From IMG/VR virus record IMGVR_UViG_3300017934_000005, positions 1-64,000 of that record: DNA of 64,000 bases; one strand, 5' to 3'. Shown here in pieces: positions 1 through 6,827 of the stretch. The notes beneath the pieces were generated by a model. The model made no database searches and was not told the DNA's origin. It saw only the letters and a program-made list of their open reading frames with translations. The position numbers were made by a program, and so were the translations under genes. The first letter of the stretch is position 1. Each line of letters opens with the position of its first letter. The DNA comes from a virus.

Positions 1-144
1 ATTGCAACTTTTGTGTTTAGTACCGGGGCGGCATCTGGCATGACTTTTGGAACAGCACTGTCGGCGGCTTGCTTGACTACCGGAGGAACGGCTGGTTCTA
101 CAAGTCCGGTTAGTTCAGTTGTTGTTACCGTTGCGTATGTGTGA
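1..144 (+). CDS. 3' end of a partial ORF (Gly/Ser/Thr-rich, probably virion structural)
   Basis: Frame 1 is open from base 1 to TGA at 142-144 (IATFVFSTGAASG...VVVTVAYV*). Confidence 0.6.
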   Translation: MATFVFSTGAASGMTFGTALSAACLTTGGTAGSTSPVSSVVVTVAYV

Positions 145-150
145 AATTTA

Positions 151-300
151 ATGCCGCTCATTGGTTTGTTAATTCTTGTTGGTCTGAACTTTGTAGTTTA
201 TTTCGGACTGAAGATTTGGCGGTCTTGGGAACGAGCAGAAACGTTATATCAAATCAGAACTACTTACCGAGAAGGTAGGAAGAAGATTTTGGGCGTGTAG
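151..300 (+). CDS. Small membrane protein (49 aa)
   Basis: ATG151, MPLIGLLILVGLNFVVYFGLKIW hydrophobic helix; its TAG stop lies inside the tRNA-Ala 5' end. Confidence 0.5.
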   Translation: MPLIGLLILVGLNFVVYFGLKIWRSWERAETLYQIRTTYREGRKKILGV

Positions 301-366
301 CGCAATTGGAAGAGCGTCTCGTTTGCACCGAGAAGGTCGCAGGTTCGAAGCCTGTCACGTCCACCA
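291..366 (+). tRNA. tRNA-Ala(UGC)
   Basis: Cloverleaf, anticodon loop TT-TGC-AC, encoded CCA. Confidence 0.93.
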
Positions 367-369
367 TAT

Positions 370-443
370 CCCTGCTTAGCACAATGGTAGTGCCCTTGTT
401 TGAAGCACAAGTGATGGCCGTTCGATTCGACCGGTAGGGACCA
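370..443 (+). tRNA. tRNA-Phe(GAA)
   Basis: CTTGT-TTGAAGC-ACAAG anticodon arm, TTCGATT T-loop, CCA. Confidence 0.88.
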
Positions 444-455
444 AGTGAGAATCAA

Positions 456-632
456 ATGGAAAAGAAATTTCCGTCAGTGAAAATTCATCCATATGATGTG
501 GCTACCGCACTGCTGTCGGGTAGACAGGTTCAGTTCTGTCTCTATGGTTGTGTGGCGGTAGACGGCAAGGTTTATCAAATAAGCGAAGTAGTTCCTGCTG
601 AAACTAAGAATTCCGGGGTCAAAGCCCCATAA
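456..632 (+). CDS. Hypothetical protein (58 aa)
   Basis: ATG456-TAA632, MEKKFPSVKIHPYDVATALLSG...; fills the gap between tRNA-Phe and the next gene. Confidence 0.5.
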   Translation: MEKKFPSVKIHPYDVATALLSGRQVQFCLYGCVAVDGKVYQISEVVPAETKNSGVKAP

Positions 633-702
633 TTTGTAGTTCTTTTTAGGTGGCAACTGAATCACCTGACCCCAAACTAGGATTTTTAAGGAGATAGATT
701 TT

Positions 703-1758
703 ATGGCAAGTTTAACGGCTCAGCAGGTATGGCAGACTGTTGCTGGAGTTGATTTTCAGCACTTCATTTCTGCAAATGGTGGACAGGTTGTGGCTTATGT
801 CGATAGTTCCGGCATATTTCATAGTTCTAATTCACTGATTTCCCCTCCAGGAAATTTGTATGTTGTTGGGAATGCCAACGATACTAATTTGGCTTTTCTC
901 CAGAATAAATTTGGCGGCATCACTTATGCAGATGGTAGCACTATGTTTCAATCGACTCTCCAAGGCGCGATTAATGCCTGCGTTGATCTGCGTGGAGACG
1001 TGATTCTCGTCGGCCCTCGAACGTATGTAGTTACCACACCTGTTCTTTTCAATAAGAAAGGTATAACTGTATCGGCTCTCTATAATTTTGGCGGAGGCCA
1101 GGACAACGGTGAACGATTCACAATTAATGCTGACGCAACACCGGGCATCCCTGCTGCAATTATTTCTGAGCCTTGCACGATTAGCGGATTAGGCTTTGAT
1201 AGCGCGAATACTCCTTCGGCTCCTTATCTTGGTGGAACAATTCAAATCGGCCCTGGCAGTGGTTTTGACGGTGGCAACTACGTTACCATCTCCAACTGCC
1301 GATTTGATAATTTCGGACACGCGGTCTATGGCATCGAATCTACCACTAATGACTATCTGAAAATTTTGAATTGTGATTTTGATGGGACTATTAATGGCTT
1401 TGGCAACAGCGCTAACGTCTTCGCTGGCGGAATCGCGCTCACTCAAGGTCATTATGTGACTGTTCAGGGCAACACCTTCCGTGGTTGCACTTATGCCATT
1501 GTGCATGGGACACCAAGTCCAGCAAACGCAGCACATAGTAACACAAATTTCATCTATGACAGCAATTATGTCATTTCTGATACGGCTGCTGCCGTGAAGT
1601 TTCTAAACGCCAACAACTTGGCTACCTACACCACGCAAAATGGTTTGGTATCCAATAATTGGTTCATGACAGCGACAGACACGGGTACGTTCAGTGCTAC
1701 GGTTGCCGCTCTATTGGCTGTTGGAATTGCTTGCTCGGGCAATCACTATCACGAATAA
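703..1758 (+). CDS. Right-handed beta-helix (pectin-lyase-like) virion protein
   Basis: AAGGAG SD; 'STLQGAINAC...GDVILVGPRTY' cap helix followed by Asn/Cys-ladder repeats (VTISNCRF, LKILNCDF, VTVQGNTF). Confidence 0.75.
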   Translation: MASLTAQQVWQTVAGVDFQHFISANGGQVVAYVDSSGIFHSSNSLISPPGNLYVVGNANDTNLAFLQNKFGGITYADGSTMFQSTLQGAINACVDLRGDVILVGPRTYVVTTPVLFNKKGITVSALYNFGGGQDNGERFTINADATPGIPAAIISEPCTISGLGFDSANTPSAPYLGGTIQIGPGSGFDGGNYVTISNCRFDNFGHAVYGIESTTNDYLKILNCDFDGTINGFGNSANVFAGGIALTQGHYVTVQGNTFRGCTYAIVHGTPSPANAAHSNTNFIYDSNYVISDTAAAVKFLNANNLATYTTQNGLVSNNWFMTATDTGTFSATVAALLAVGIACSGNHYHE

Positions 1759-1775
1759 AGTAATTAACCGCTTCA

Positions 1776-1804
1776 GGGGATGAGCGGAAATCATCCCCAT
1801 TTTT
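1776..1804 (+). terminator. Rho-independent terminator
   Basis: GGGGATGA/TCATCCCC stem plus T-tract after the 703-1758 gene. Confidence 0.8.
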
Positions 1805-1808
1805 CTAC

Positions 1809-1837
1809 TTGACAAGTTTCGTTTTGTCTGGTATAGT
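1809..1837 (+). promoter_or_regulatory. Sigma70-type promoter for the tRNA array
   Basis: TTGACA-17 nt-TATAGT with extended -10 TG. Confidence 0.85.
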
Positions 1838-2009
1838 AGGTCTTATACGTCACTTCCTGCCGGCGAGACGCCAAAGCTCGGCCGGGCTAAGTTGGTGGGG
1901 AGTTTCGACCGTTGTCGGCACCTTTTTGGTGTCGGCTATCACAGGTTGGTCACCCGTTCACGCGAAGGCGTCCGGTCTAGAACGTTTGCGTGGATGAATA
2001 CATTTCGAT

Positions 2010-2084
2010 TGCGGGATAGACTTCGGGGAAGTCAGAAGCCTCATAAACTTCTTTAGCCGTGTTCAACTCACGGTCCCGCTACCA
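2010..2084 (+). tRNA. tRNA-Met(CAU), initiator-like 1:72 mismatch
   Basis: CT-CAT-AA loop, U1.U72 mismatch, CCA; lacks the GGG/CCC anticodon stem. Confidence 0.8.
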
Positions 2085-2085
2085 T

Positions 2086-2161
2086 CGCTGGATAGCCAAG
2101 TGGTAAGGCGCGGGCCTCATAAACCCGTTATTCGTAGGTTTGATTCCTGCTCCAGCGACCA
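2086..2161 (+). tRNA. tRNA-Met/Ile2(CAU)
   Basis: CGCTGGA/TCCAGCG acceptor, CT-CAT-AA loop, CCA. Confidence 0.85.
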
Positions 2162-2165
2162 TTTT

Positions 2166-2239
2166 GCGATGCTGGCGTAATGGCAGCGTCCTAGCCTTCC
2201 AAGCCAGGGGTAAGGGTTCGAATCCCTTGCATCGCTCCA
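2166..2239 (+). tRNA. tRNA-Gly(UCC)
   Basis: GCG/CGC acceptor, U73, CT-TCC-AA loop, CCA. Confidence 0.9.
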
Positions 2240-2241
2240 AC

Positions 2242-2307
2242 ATGTAACGGCTGGCGATCTTGATATCGTCCATTGATCAGGAAGGAACGCCTGAGAAGTC
2301 GTTACAT
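2242..2307 (+). ncRNA. Unidentified three-way-junction RNA in the tRNA array
   Basis: ATGTAACGGCT/AGTCGTTACAT closing stem with arms GGCGAT/ATCGTC and TCAGG/CCTGA. Confidence 0.5.
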
Positions 2308-2314
2308 AAATTTT

Positions 2315-2388
2315 GCGGATATAGTTTAGTGGCAGAACTCGATCTTGCCAAGATTGAGGCACGGTTTCGATTACCGTTATCCGCTCCA
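2315..2388 (+). tRNA. tRNA-Gly(GCC)
   Basis: TT-GCC-AA loop, U73, CCA. Confidence 0.9.
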
Positions 2389-2505
2389 GTCGAGAGAACA
2401 GCGCGGCAAACGCTGGAAGCAGTGGGTTCGATTCCCACACCACGAAAGTTGATCCCTTTGCCGGGGGCTTCGAGTAGCTAGGTAAATGGCAGCTTCATCT
2501 CTCAC
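2389..2505 (+). ncRNA. Putative YrlA-like bacterial Y RNA (permuted tRNA mimic)
   Basis: Terminal helix GT[C]GAGAGA/TCTCTCAC with bulged C; GAAGC/GCTTC stem enclosing a T-arm (GTGGG-TTCGATT-CCCAC), a closed acceptor-like hairpin and a D-like arm (GCTA-GGTAAA-TGGC). Confidence 0.55.
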
Positions 2506-2509
2506 ATAT

Positions 2510-2586
2510 TGTGGTGTCGCATAATCTGGTATTGCGCTCGGCTGTTAACCGAGAGTTTGTTGGTTCGAATCCAACCGCCACAGCCA
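2510..2586 (+). tRNA. tRNA-Asn(GUU)
   Basis: CTCGG-CTGTTAA-CCGAG, G73, CCA. Confidence 0.92.
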
Positions 2587-2625
2587 CATGAGTACCGGGT
2601 GCTCGCTCACCCGGTTGGTTTTCTT

Positions 2626-2700
2626 GACCCTATAGCTCAATGCACAGAGCACCTGTCTTCGAAACAGGCTGTCCCGGTTGGAGTCCGGGTAGGGTCTCCA
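2626..2700 (+). tRNA. tRNA-Arg(UCG)
   Basis: CCTGT-CTTCGAA-ACAGG, CCA; atypical T-loop TTGGAGT. Confidence 0.85.
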
Positions 2701-2705
2701 GTTTT

Positions 2706-2783
2706 GGTTTGTTGGAGGAGTCTGGAGTCCTCGCGGTCCTGTCACGACTGAGAACACGGGTTCAAATCCCGTACAAACCGCCA
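2706..2783 (+). tRNA. tRNA-Asp(GUC)
   Basis: CGGTC-CTGTCAC-GACTG, G73, CCA. Confidence 0.92.
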
Positions 2784-2789
2784 CAAGCG

Positions 2790-2876
2790 GTGTCATTCGA
2801 AATTTCTCCGTAAAGGGTGCTCAAGTTGCGCCTGGAGATAAGCCTGATCCTTGACGGATAGGTGGGATGACATCCA
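2790..2876 (+). ncRNA. CCA-ended two-armed tRNA-like RNA
   Basis: TGTCATTC/GGATGACA stem followed by T-CCA, with two internal hairpins and no canonical D/T loops. Confidence 0.45.
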
Positions 2877-2885
2877 ACTTCTTAT

Positions 2886-2961
2886 GGTCCCGTGGTCCAA
2901 TGAACAGGGCACCGCACTTCTAAGGCGGTTGATGTCAGTTTGAGTCTGACCGGGACTACCA
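2886..2961 (+). tRNA. tRNA-Arg(UCU)
   Basis: CT-TCT-AA loop, CCA. Confidence 0.87.
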
Positions 2962-2967
2962 GTTTAT

Positions 2968-3041
2968 GCGGCTTGCATCTTAGGAGATTACTCAATAGGC
3001 CAATTGAGCAAGCGGTTCGAATCCGCCACGAGGCCGCTCCA
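2968..3041 (+). tRNA. Non-canonical tRNA-Gly-like RNA (8-nt anticodon loop TAGGCCAA)
   Basis: GCGGCTT/AGGCCGC acceptor, U73, CCA, TTCGAAT T-loop; aberrant D-arm and anticodon loop. Confidence 0.6.
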
Positions 3042-3095
3042 TTTTGTATCGTCCGAAGGCTCATCTACCTATCGGCTGGTAACGATACAATTTAT

Positions 3096-3187
3096 AGTCG
3101 GGTAGCTTAATGGTAAAGCAGCGGCTTTATACACCGCAAGCGCTAGATTGGCGCGTGATGAGAGTTCAAGTCTCTCCCCGACCACCA
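3096..3187 (+). tRNA. tRNA with UAU anticodon (Ile) and long variable arm
   Basis: TT-TAT-AC loop, V-arm GCGCTA-GAT-TGGCGC, A1.C72, CCA. Confidence 0.8.
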
Positions 3188-3190
3188 GAA

Positions 3191-3265
3191 CGGTCTATAG
3201 CTCAACGGTAGAGTACCTGGCTCTTACCCAGCGGGATGAAGGTTCAAATCCTTCTAGACCGACCA
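3191..3265 (+). tRNA. tRNA-Lys(CUU)
   Basis: CT-CTT-AC loop, CCA. Confidence 0.87.
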
Positions 3266-3268
3266 CAT

Positions 3269-3344
3269 GGCCGCATCGTCTAAGGAAAAGGACACGTCAT
3301 TCTCAGTGACGAGACTATGGGTTAGAGTCCCATTGCGGCTACCA
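3269..3344 (+). tRNA. tRNA-Glu(CUC)
   Basis: CGTCA-TTCTCAG-TGACG, CCA. Confidence 0.87.
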
Positions 3345-3348
3345 TCGT

Positions 3349-3424
3349 GGCATTGTCTTCTAGCGGCCCAGGATGCCAGCCTTTCAAGCTGGCGACGAGC
3401 GTTCAAATCGCTCCAGTGCTACCA
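3349..3424 (+). tRNA. tRNA-Glu(UUC)
   Basis: CCAGC-CTTTCAA-GCTGG, CCA. Confidence 0.9.
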
Positions 3425-3431
3425 TTTTTAT

Positions 3432-3506
3432 AGAGGATTAACTCAGCGGAAGAGTGCCACTCCTACAAAGTGGAAGCCCAGAGTTCGAATCTCTGATCCT
3501 CTACCA
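3432..3506 (+). tRNA. tRNA-Val(UAC)
   Basis: CCACT-CCTACAA-AGTGG (C33), CCA. Confidence 0.88.
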
Positions 3507-3509
3507 AAT

Positions 3510-3585
3510 GCACTCAATGCCGAAGCGAACGAGGCAATCGTCTGCAAAACGATAAAACTTGGTTTGAGTCCAAGTGGGTGCTCCA
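3510..3585 (+). tRNA. tRNA-Cys(GCA)
   Basis: ATCGT-CTGCAAA-ACGAT, U73, CCA. Confidence 0.88.
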
Positions 3586-3589
3586 GCAT

Positions 3590-3665
3590 AGGTCGGTAAG
3601 CTTAACGGTTAAACTGCTCGCCTCCAAACCGAGACTTGGGAGTTCGAATCTCCCCCGGCCTGCCA
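3590..3665 (+). tRNA. tRNA-Trp(CCA)
   Basis: CT-CCA-AA loop, G73, CCA. Confidence 0.9.
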
Positions 3666-3707
3666 ATTTTGAAAATCATTAGTCAACGACTTTAAGGAGT
3701 CACGACG

Positions 3708-4205
3708 GTGAATAAAACAGTAGATGTAAGGAGTGCTCGAATTGCACAGCAACTTGGGATGTCTCACGGGGCCGCTGCAACTCGACTTAGAAAGTTAGTT
3801 CTTTTTCGACAACTTGAGAAACATCAAGAGAATGTTTGTGTTAAATGCAGTGGGCGTATTCTCACGGCCGATGATTTGAGCCTTGAACATATTAAACCTT
3901 GGGAAGGAAGAGACGCCTCGTTATTTTGGGATTTAGAAAATGTTGCTTTTTCGCATGTAGTTTGTAATCTTCCGCACGTTCGTCACGGAGGAACGTTTCG
4001 AAGAATACAAGCTCCAGATGGAATGGCTTGGTGTTACGAACATAAAGCATTTCTTCCTATTGAGAAGTTTAACAAAAAACCAGATCGTTGGAATGGGCTT
4101 CGGTTTGCTTGTTCTGATTGTGAAATAGCATATAAAGAGCGTATGAGAAACAAACGTCAATCTTCATCATCGTCTAGTAGCTGCGATGATAGTATAGAAG
4201 GTTGA
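3708..4205 (+). CDS. HNH homing endonuclease within the tRNA array
   Basis: CxxC...LSLEHIKP...NVAFSHVVCN HNH motif plus C-terminal Zn finger; AAGGAG SD; stop overlaps tRNA-Ser. Confidence 0.8.
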   Translation: MNKTVDVRSARIAQQLGMSHGAAATRLRKLVLFRQLEKHQENVCVKCSGRILTADDLSLEHIKPWEGRDASLFWDLENVAFSHVVCNLPHVRHGGTFRRIQAPDGMAWCYEHKAFLPIEKFNKKPDRWNGLRFACSDCEIAYKERMRNKRQSSSSSSSCDDSIEG

Positions 4206-4287
4206 CGGAGCCCGGTAACGTACTCGATTGCTAATCGAGAGTCTGGTTGTGAAACCAGCGTGAGTTCAAATCTCACACCTTCTGCCA
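4196..4287 (+). tRNA. tRNA-Ser(GCU)
   Basis: CTCGA-TTGCTAA-TCGAG, long V-arm, G73, CCA. Confidence 0.92.
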
Positions 4288-4295
4288 TTTTCTGT

Positions 4296-4381
4296 GGAAG
4301 GTAGTGGGAGACGGTTCCCAACTGGTCCCGAACACCAGACCATCTGAAAGGATGACAGTTCAACTCTGTTGCCTTCCTCCA
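4296..4381 (+). tRNA. tRNA-Ser(CGA) with 8/4 cloverleaf
   Basis: 8-bp acceptor GGAAGGTA/TGCCTTCC, 4-bp T-stem ACAG/CTGT, V-arm, C33, U73, CCA. Confidence 0.78.
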
Positions 4382-4382
4382 A

Positions 4383-4459
4383 GGGTTCGTAGCTTAATAG
4401 CGCAAAGTACCGGTCTTTTAAACCGAGGGATATCAGTTCGAGTCTGATCGGACCCACCA
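4383..4459 (+). tRNA. tRNA-Lys(UUU)
   Basis: CT-TTT-AA loop, CCA. Confidence 0.9.
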
Positions 4460-4551
4460 AATTTTGAGTTTCGCCGTGACCATGGATCGGCGATAGCGCC
4501 CGCACGGAGGCAGTCGCCGTGTTGCCCGAGGCGTAAAAAGTATCGGCTTAT

Positions 4552-4626
4552 TGCCTTGTGATCCAATTGGTAGGATGCGTGGCTTTGAACCACGTCATGA
4601 AGGTTCGAGTCCTTCCGAGGCAACCA
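4552..4626 (+). tRNA. tRNA-Gln(UUG)
   Basis: CGTGG-CTTTGAA-CCACG, U1-A72, CCA. Confidence 0.9.
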
Positions 4627-4630
4627 ATAT

Positions 4631-4705
4631 TGCTCGATGATGCAACTGGTAGCATACGTGGCTCTGAACCACGGAATCTAGGTTCGAATCCTGGTCGAGC
4701 AGCCA
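4631..4705 (+). tRNA. tRNA-Gln(CUG)
   Basis: CGTGG-CTCTGAA-CCACG, U1-A72, G73, CCA. Confidence 0.92.
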
Positions 4706-4731
4706 ACTTCCCCTAACAATTCAGGTGCTCC

Positions 4732-4830
4732 ATGTGGCAGAGAAGATGTCCGCGATGTGGACGTGTGCTCTACAAGCCGCGAAATGGTAATGGCATCGTT
4801 AGATGTGTGTGCGGATGGATATGGCGATGA
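4732..4830 (+). CDS. Zn-ribbon microprotein (32 aa)
   Basis: MWQRRCPRCGRVLYKPRNGNGIVRCVCGWIWR*, AGGT SD-like sequence upstream; below the ORF-track cutoff. Confidence 0.55.
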   Translation: MWQRRCPRCGRVLYKPRNGNGIVRCVCGWIWR

Positions 4831-4915
4831 TACGCCGAGCTATTCGGGCAGTTGTATTCGCGTGTTTGTACGTTTTGATTTTTGTTTTCGGTAAGATTTA
4901 TTCGTGGAGACGAAG

Positions 4916-5311
4916 ATGAAGAAACTTCTGCCGTTAGCTTTATTTGTTGCGGCTCTAGTTTTTGCCGCCGCTCCTCAGTTCTTTGTTTCTGGCTCGACAT
5001 CGTTTGAACAGAATCGAATCGTGCGCTTGGAGCGTTCTTTGAACTTTACCAAGGAACCGATGGTTTCTACGTGGTATGTAACCATTGATCCAGGTGAAGT
5101 TTTTGACGAGAATGTGAAGAAATTGGATTTGGATACCGAATCTGGTTATACTTATCTTGGTTTGAATCAGACTCACATCAACGAAGATTATTTGGTGTGG
5201 CATGATGACAAGGATGTTCGTCATCTTTTGGCTCACGAGGCTGGCCATTTGATTTGTGAATGCAAGTCTGAAGAGAAAGCCAACGATATTGCTTACCAGC
5301 TAGAGAAGTAA
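4916..5311 (+). CDS. Secreted HExxH zinc metallopeptidase-like protein
   Basis: Signal peptide MKKLLPLALFVAALVFAA; LAHEAGH...EEKANDIA (ImmA/IrrE-like pattern). Confidence 0.65.
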   Translation: MKKLLPLALFVAALVFAAAPQFFVSGSTSFEQNRIVRLERSLNFTKEPMVSTWYVTIDPGEVFDENVKKLDLDTESGYTYLGLNQTHINEDYLVWHDDKDVRHLLAHEAGHLICECKSEEKANDIAYQLEK

Positions 5312-5383
5312 AAGAGTAAGCTTTCAGGTAGCTCCTGAAAGTTAGGTTTGGGGTAGCCACTAACTACCCCAAGCCGTCCTTTA

Positions 5384-5815
5384 GTGGAGGAGATGATGAA
5401 ACGATGTTCTAAGTGTAAGGACTGGAAGCCGCGTTCTGAGTTTGGTAAGAATAGACGAGAATCTGACGGTTGTCAGGCTTATTGTAAGCCGTGCTCAAGT
5501 GCTCGCGTTTGTGAATGGCAACGTCAGCGCAGAGGCGAGTTGAGAGAAAAGATTTTCGATTTGTTAGGTCGAGTTTGTTGTAAATGTGGTTTTGCTGATA
5601 TCCGAGCACTTCAGTTTGACCATAGAAATGGCGATGGGTATCTCGATAGAGATTTCTCTCGTCATTGCGGGACCATATTGTATTTCAAAAAGATTCTAGC
5701 GAACATTGAGTCGTTTCAAGTTCTCTGTGCCAATTGTAATTGGATTAAGAGAATTGAGAACGACGAAGGTTACGCCAGAAAATCCAAACAGGCTTTAAGC
5801 CCTAGCGCATCTTAG
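5384..5815 (+). CDS. HNH endonuclease with N-terminal Zn finger
   Basis: CSKC...YCKPC; LQFDHRNG...QVLCANCN. Confidence 0.8.
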   Translation: MEEMMKRCSKCKDWKPRSEFGKNRRESDGCQAYCKPCSSARVCEWQRQRRGELREKIFDLLGRVCCKCGFADIRALQFDHRNGDGYLDRDFSRHCGTILYFKKILANIESFQVLCANCNWIKRIENDEGYARKSKQALSPSAS

Positions 5816-5818
5816 CCT

Positions 5819-6700
5819 GTGATGCGGTCAAAGGTGAATATGACGTACAAGCGTAATTTTGTTGCTGCCATCAAAGTGGGTGGTCAGGTTCTTCGTGAGA
5901 ACGGAGACCAGGTCGAGTTACCATTTGGTTCCGAATTCTCGATTCTTTTGAAGAATCTCAACTCGGTTCGAGCCGAGGCGCAGATAACCATTGATGGTAA
6001 GGTTGCCGGCCCCTGGTACATTCTTGGACCAAATGAGAGCGTGGAAATTGAACGCTTTAATGTTAGTGGTAACTCTGATCGCGGCAATCATTTTAAGTTT
6101 ATTGAACGAACTGCCGCTGTTGAGAAAGGACGAGGAGTTCAACTCGAAGACGGACTGGTCCGAGTCGAGTTCAAGAAAGAAAAAGTGTATGAGGCTCCGA
6201 AAGTAACAGAGCATCATACCTATACCTATCATCATCACTACGATTATTACTGGCCGTATTATCCAAAACCGTATGTTCCGAAGGTTTGGCCCCCATATGA
6301 GCCCTACATCACCTGGAGTGGAACGGCTTTTCAGAGTTCACAGTCCGGTAGTAATCATCAGTTAATGGCGATGAACAATGTCAGTTTGGCATCGAGTTCG
6401 CCGATTCTCAGAAGTTGTAATTTGATGAAGTCGGCCGATATCCCAATGCCGGCGTTTAATGATGCCGGTATCACGGTGCCAGGTAGTGAGAGTAATCAAA
6501 AATTTGTTTCGGTCCAAGGTTTTGAGACTGAATCGCTTTCTGAAGTCATCACAGTGAAGCTTGTTGGTTCGCGTGGTAAGGTTCGAGTCGTGAAAGCTAA
6601 GACAGTAGATCAAAAGCCCCGATGCTCGACATGTCAGAAAGTCAATAAGCCGAACGCCAAATTCTGTATCGAGTGTGGTACAAGCCTTGAATTGATTTAA
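5819..6700 (+). CDS. Hypothetical protein with C-terminal zinc ribbon
   Basis: 293-aa ORF; His/Tyr/Pro-rich linker; CSTC...FCIECG. Confidence 0.75.
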   Translation: MMRSKVNMTYKRNFVAAIKVGGQVLRENGDQVELPFGSEFSILLKNLNSVRAEAQITIDGKVAGPWYILGPNESVEIERFNVSGNSDRGNHFKFIERTAAVEKGRGVQLEDGLVRVEFKKEKVYEAPKVTEHHTYTYHHHYDYYWPYYPKPYVPKVWPPYEPYITWSGTAFQSSQSGSNHQLMAMNNVSLASSSPILRSCNLMKSADIPMPAFNDAGITVPGSESNQKFVSVQGFETESLSEVITVKLVGSRGKVRVVKAKTVDQKPRCSTCQKVNKPNAKFCIECGTSLELI

Positions 6701-6827
6701 AAGAGATTAGAGTGAGTCTCCGTCTTCCGCTCACTCTGTGTCAGCCTAGACCCACTAGAGATTTTTCTCTGGTTCAAGGTTGCGGATACTGGCAGATGTA
6801 GTTCGGGAGACAAAAGGAGATTTATTT

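Noticed and set aside
1809-4623. ORF-track ORFs across the tRNA array (other than the HNH gene)
   Set aside because: They overlap well-formed tRNAs, lack SD sequences and are shadows of tRNA sequence
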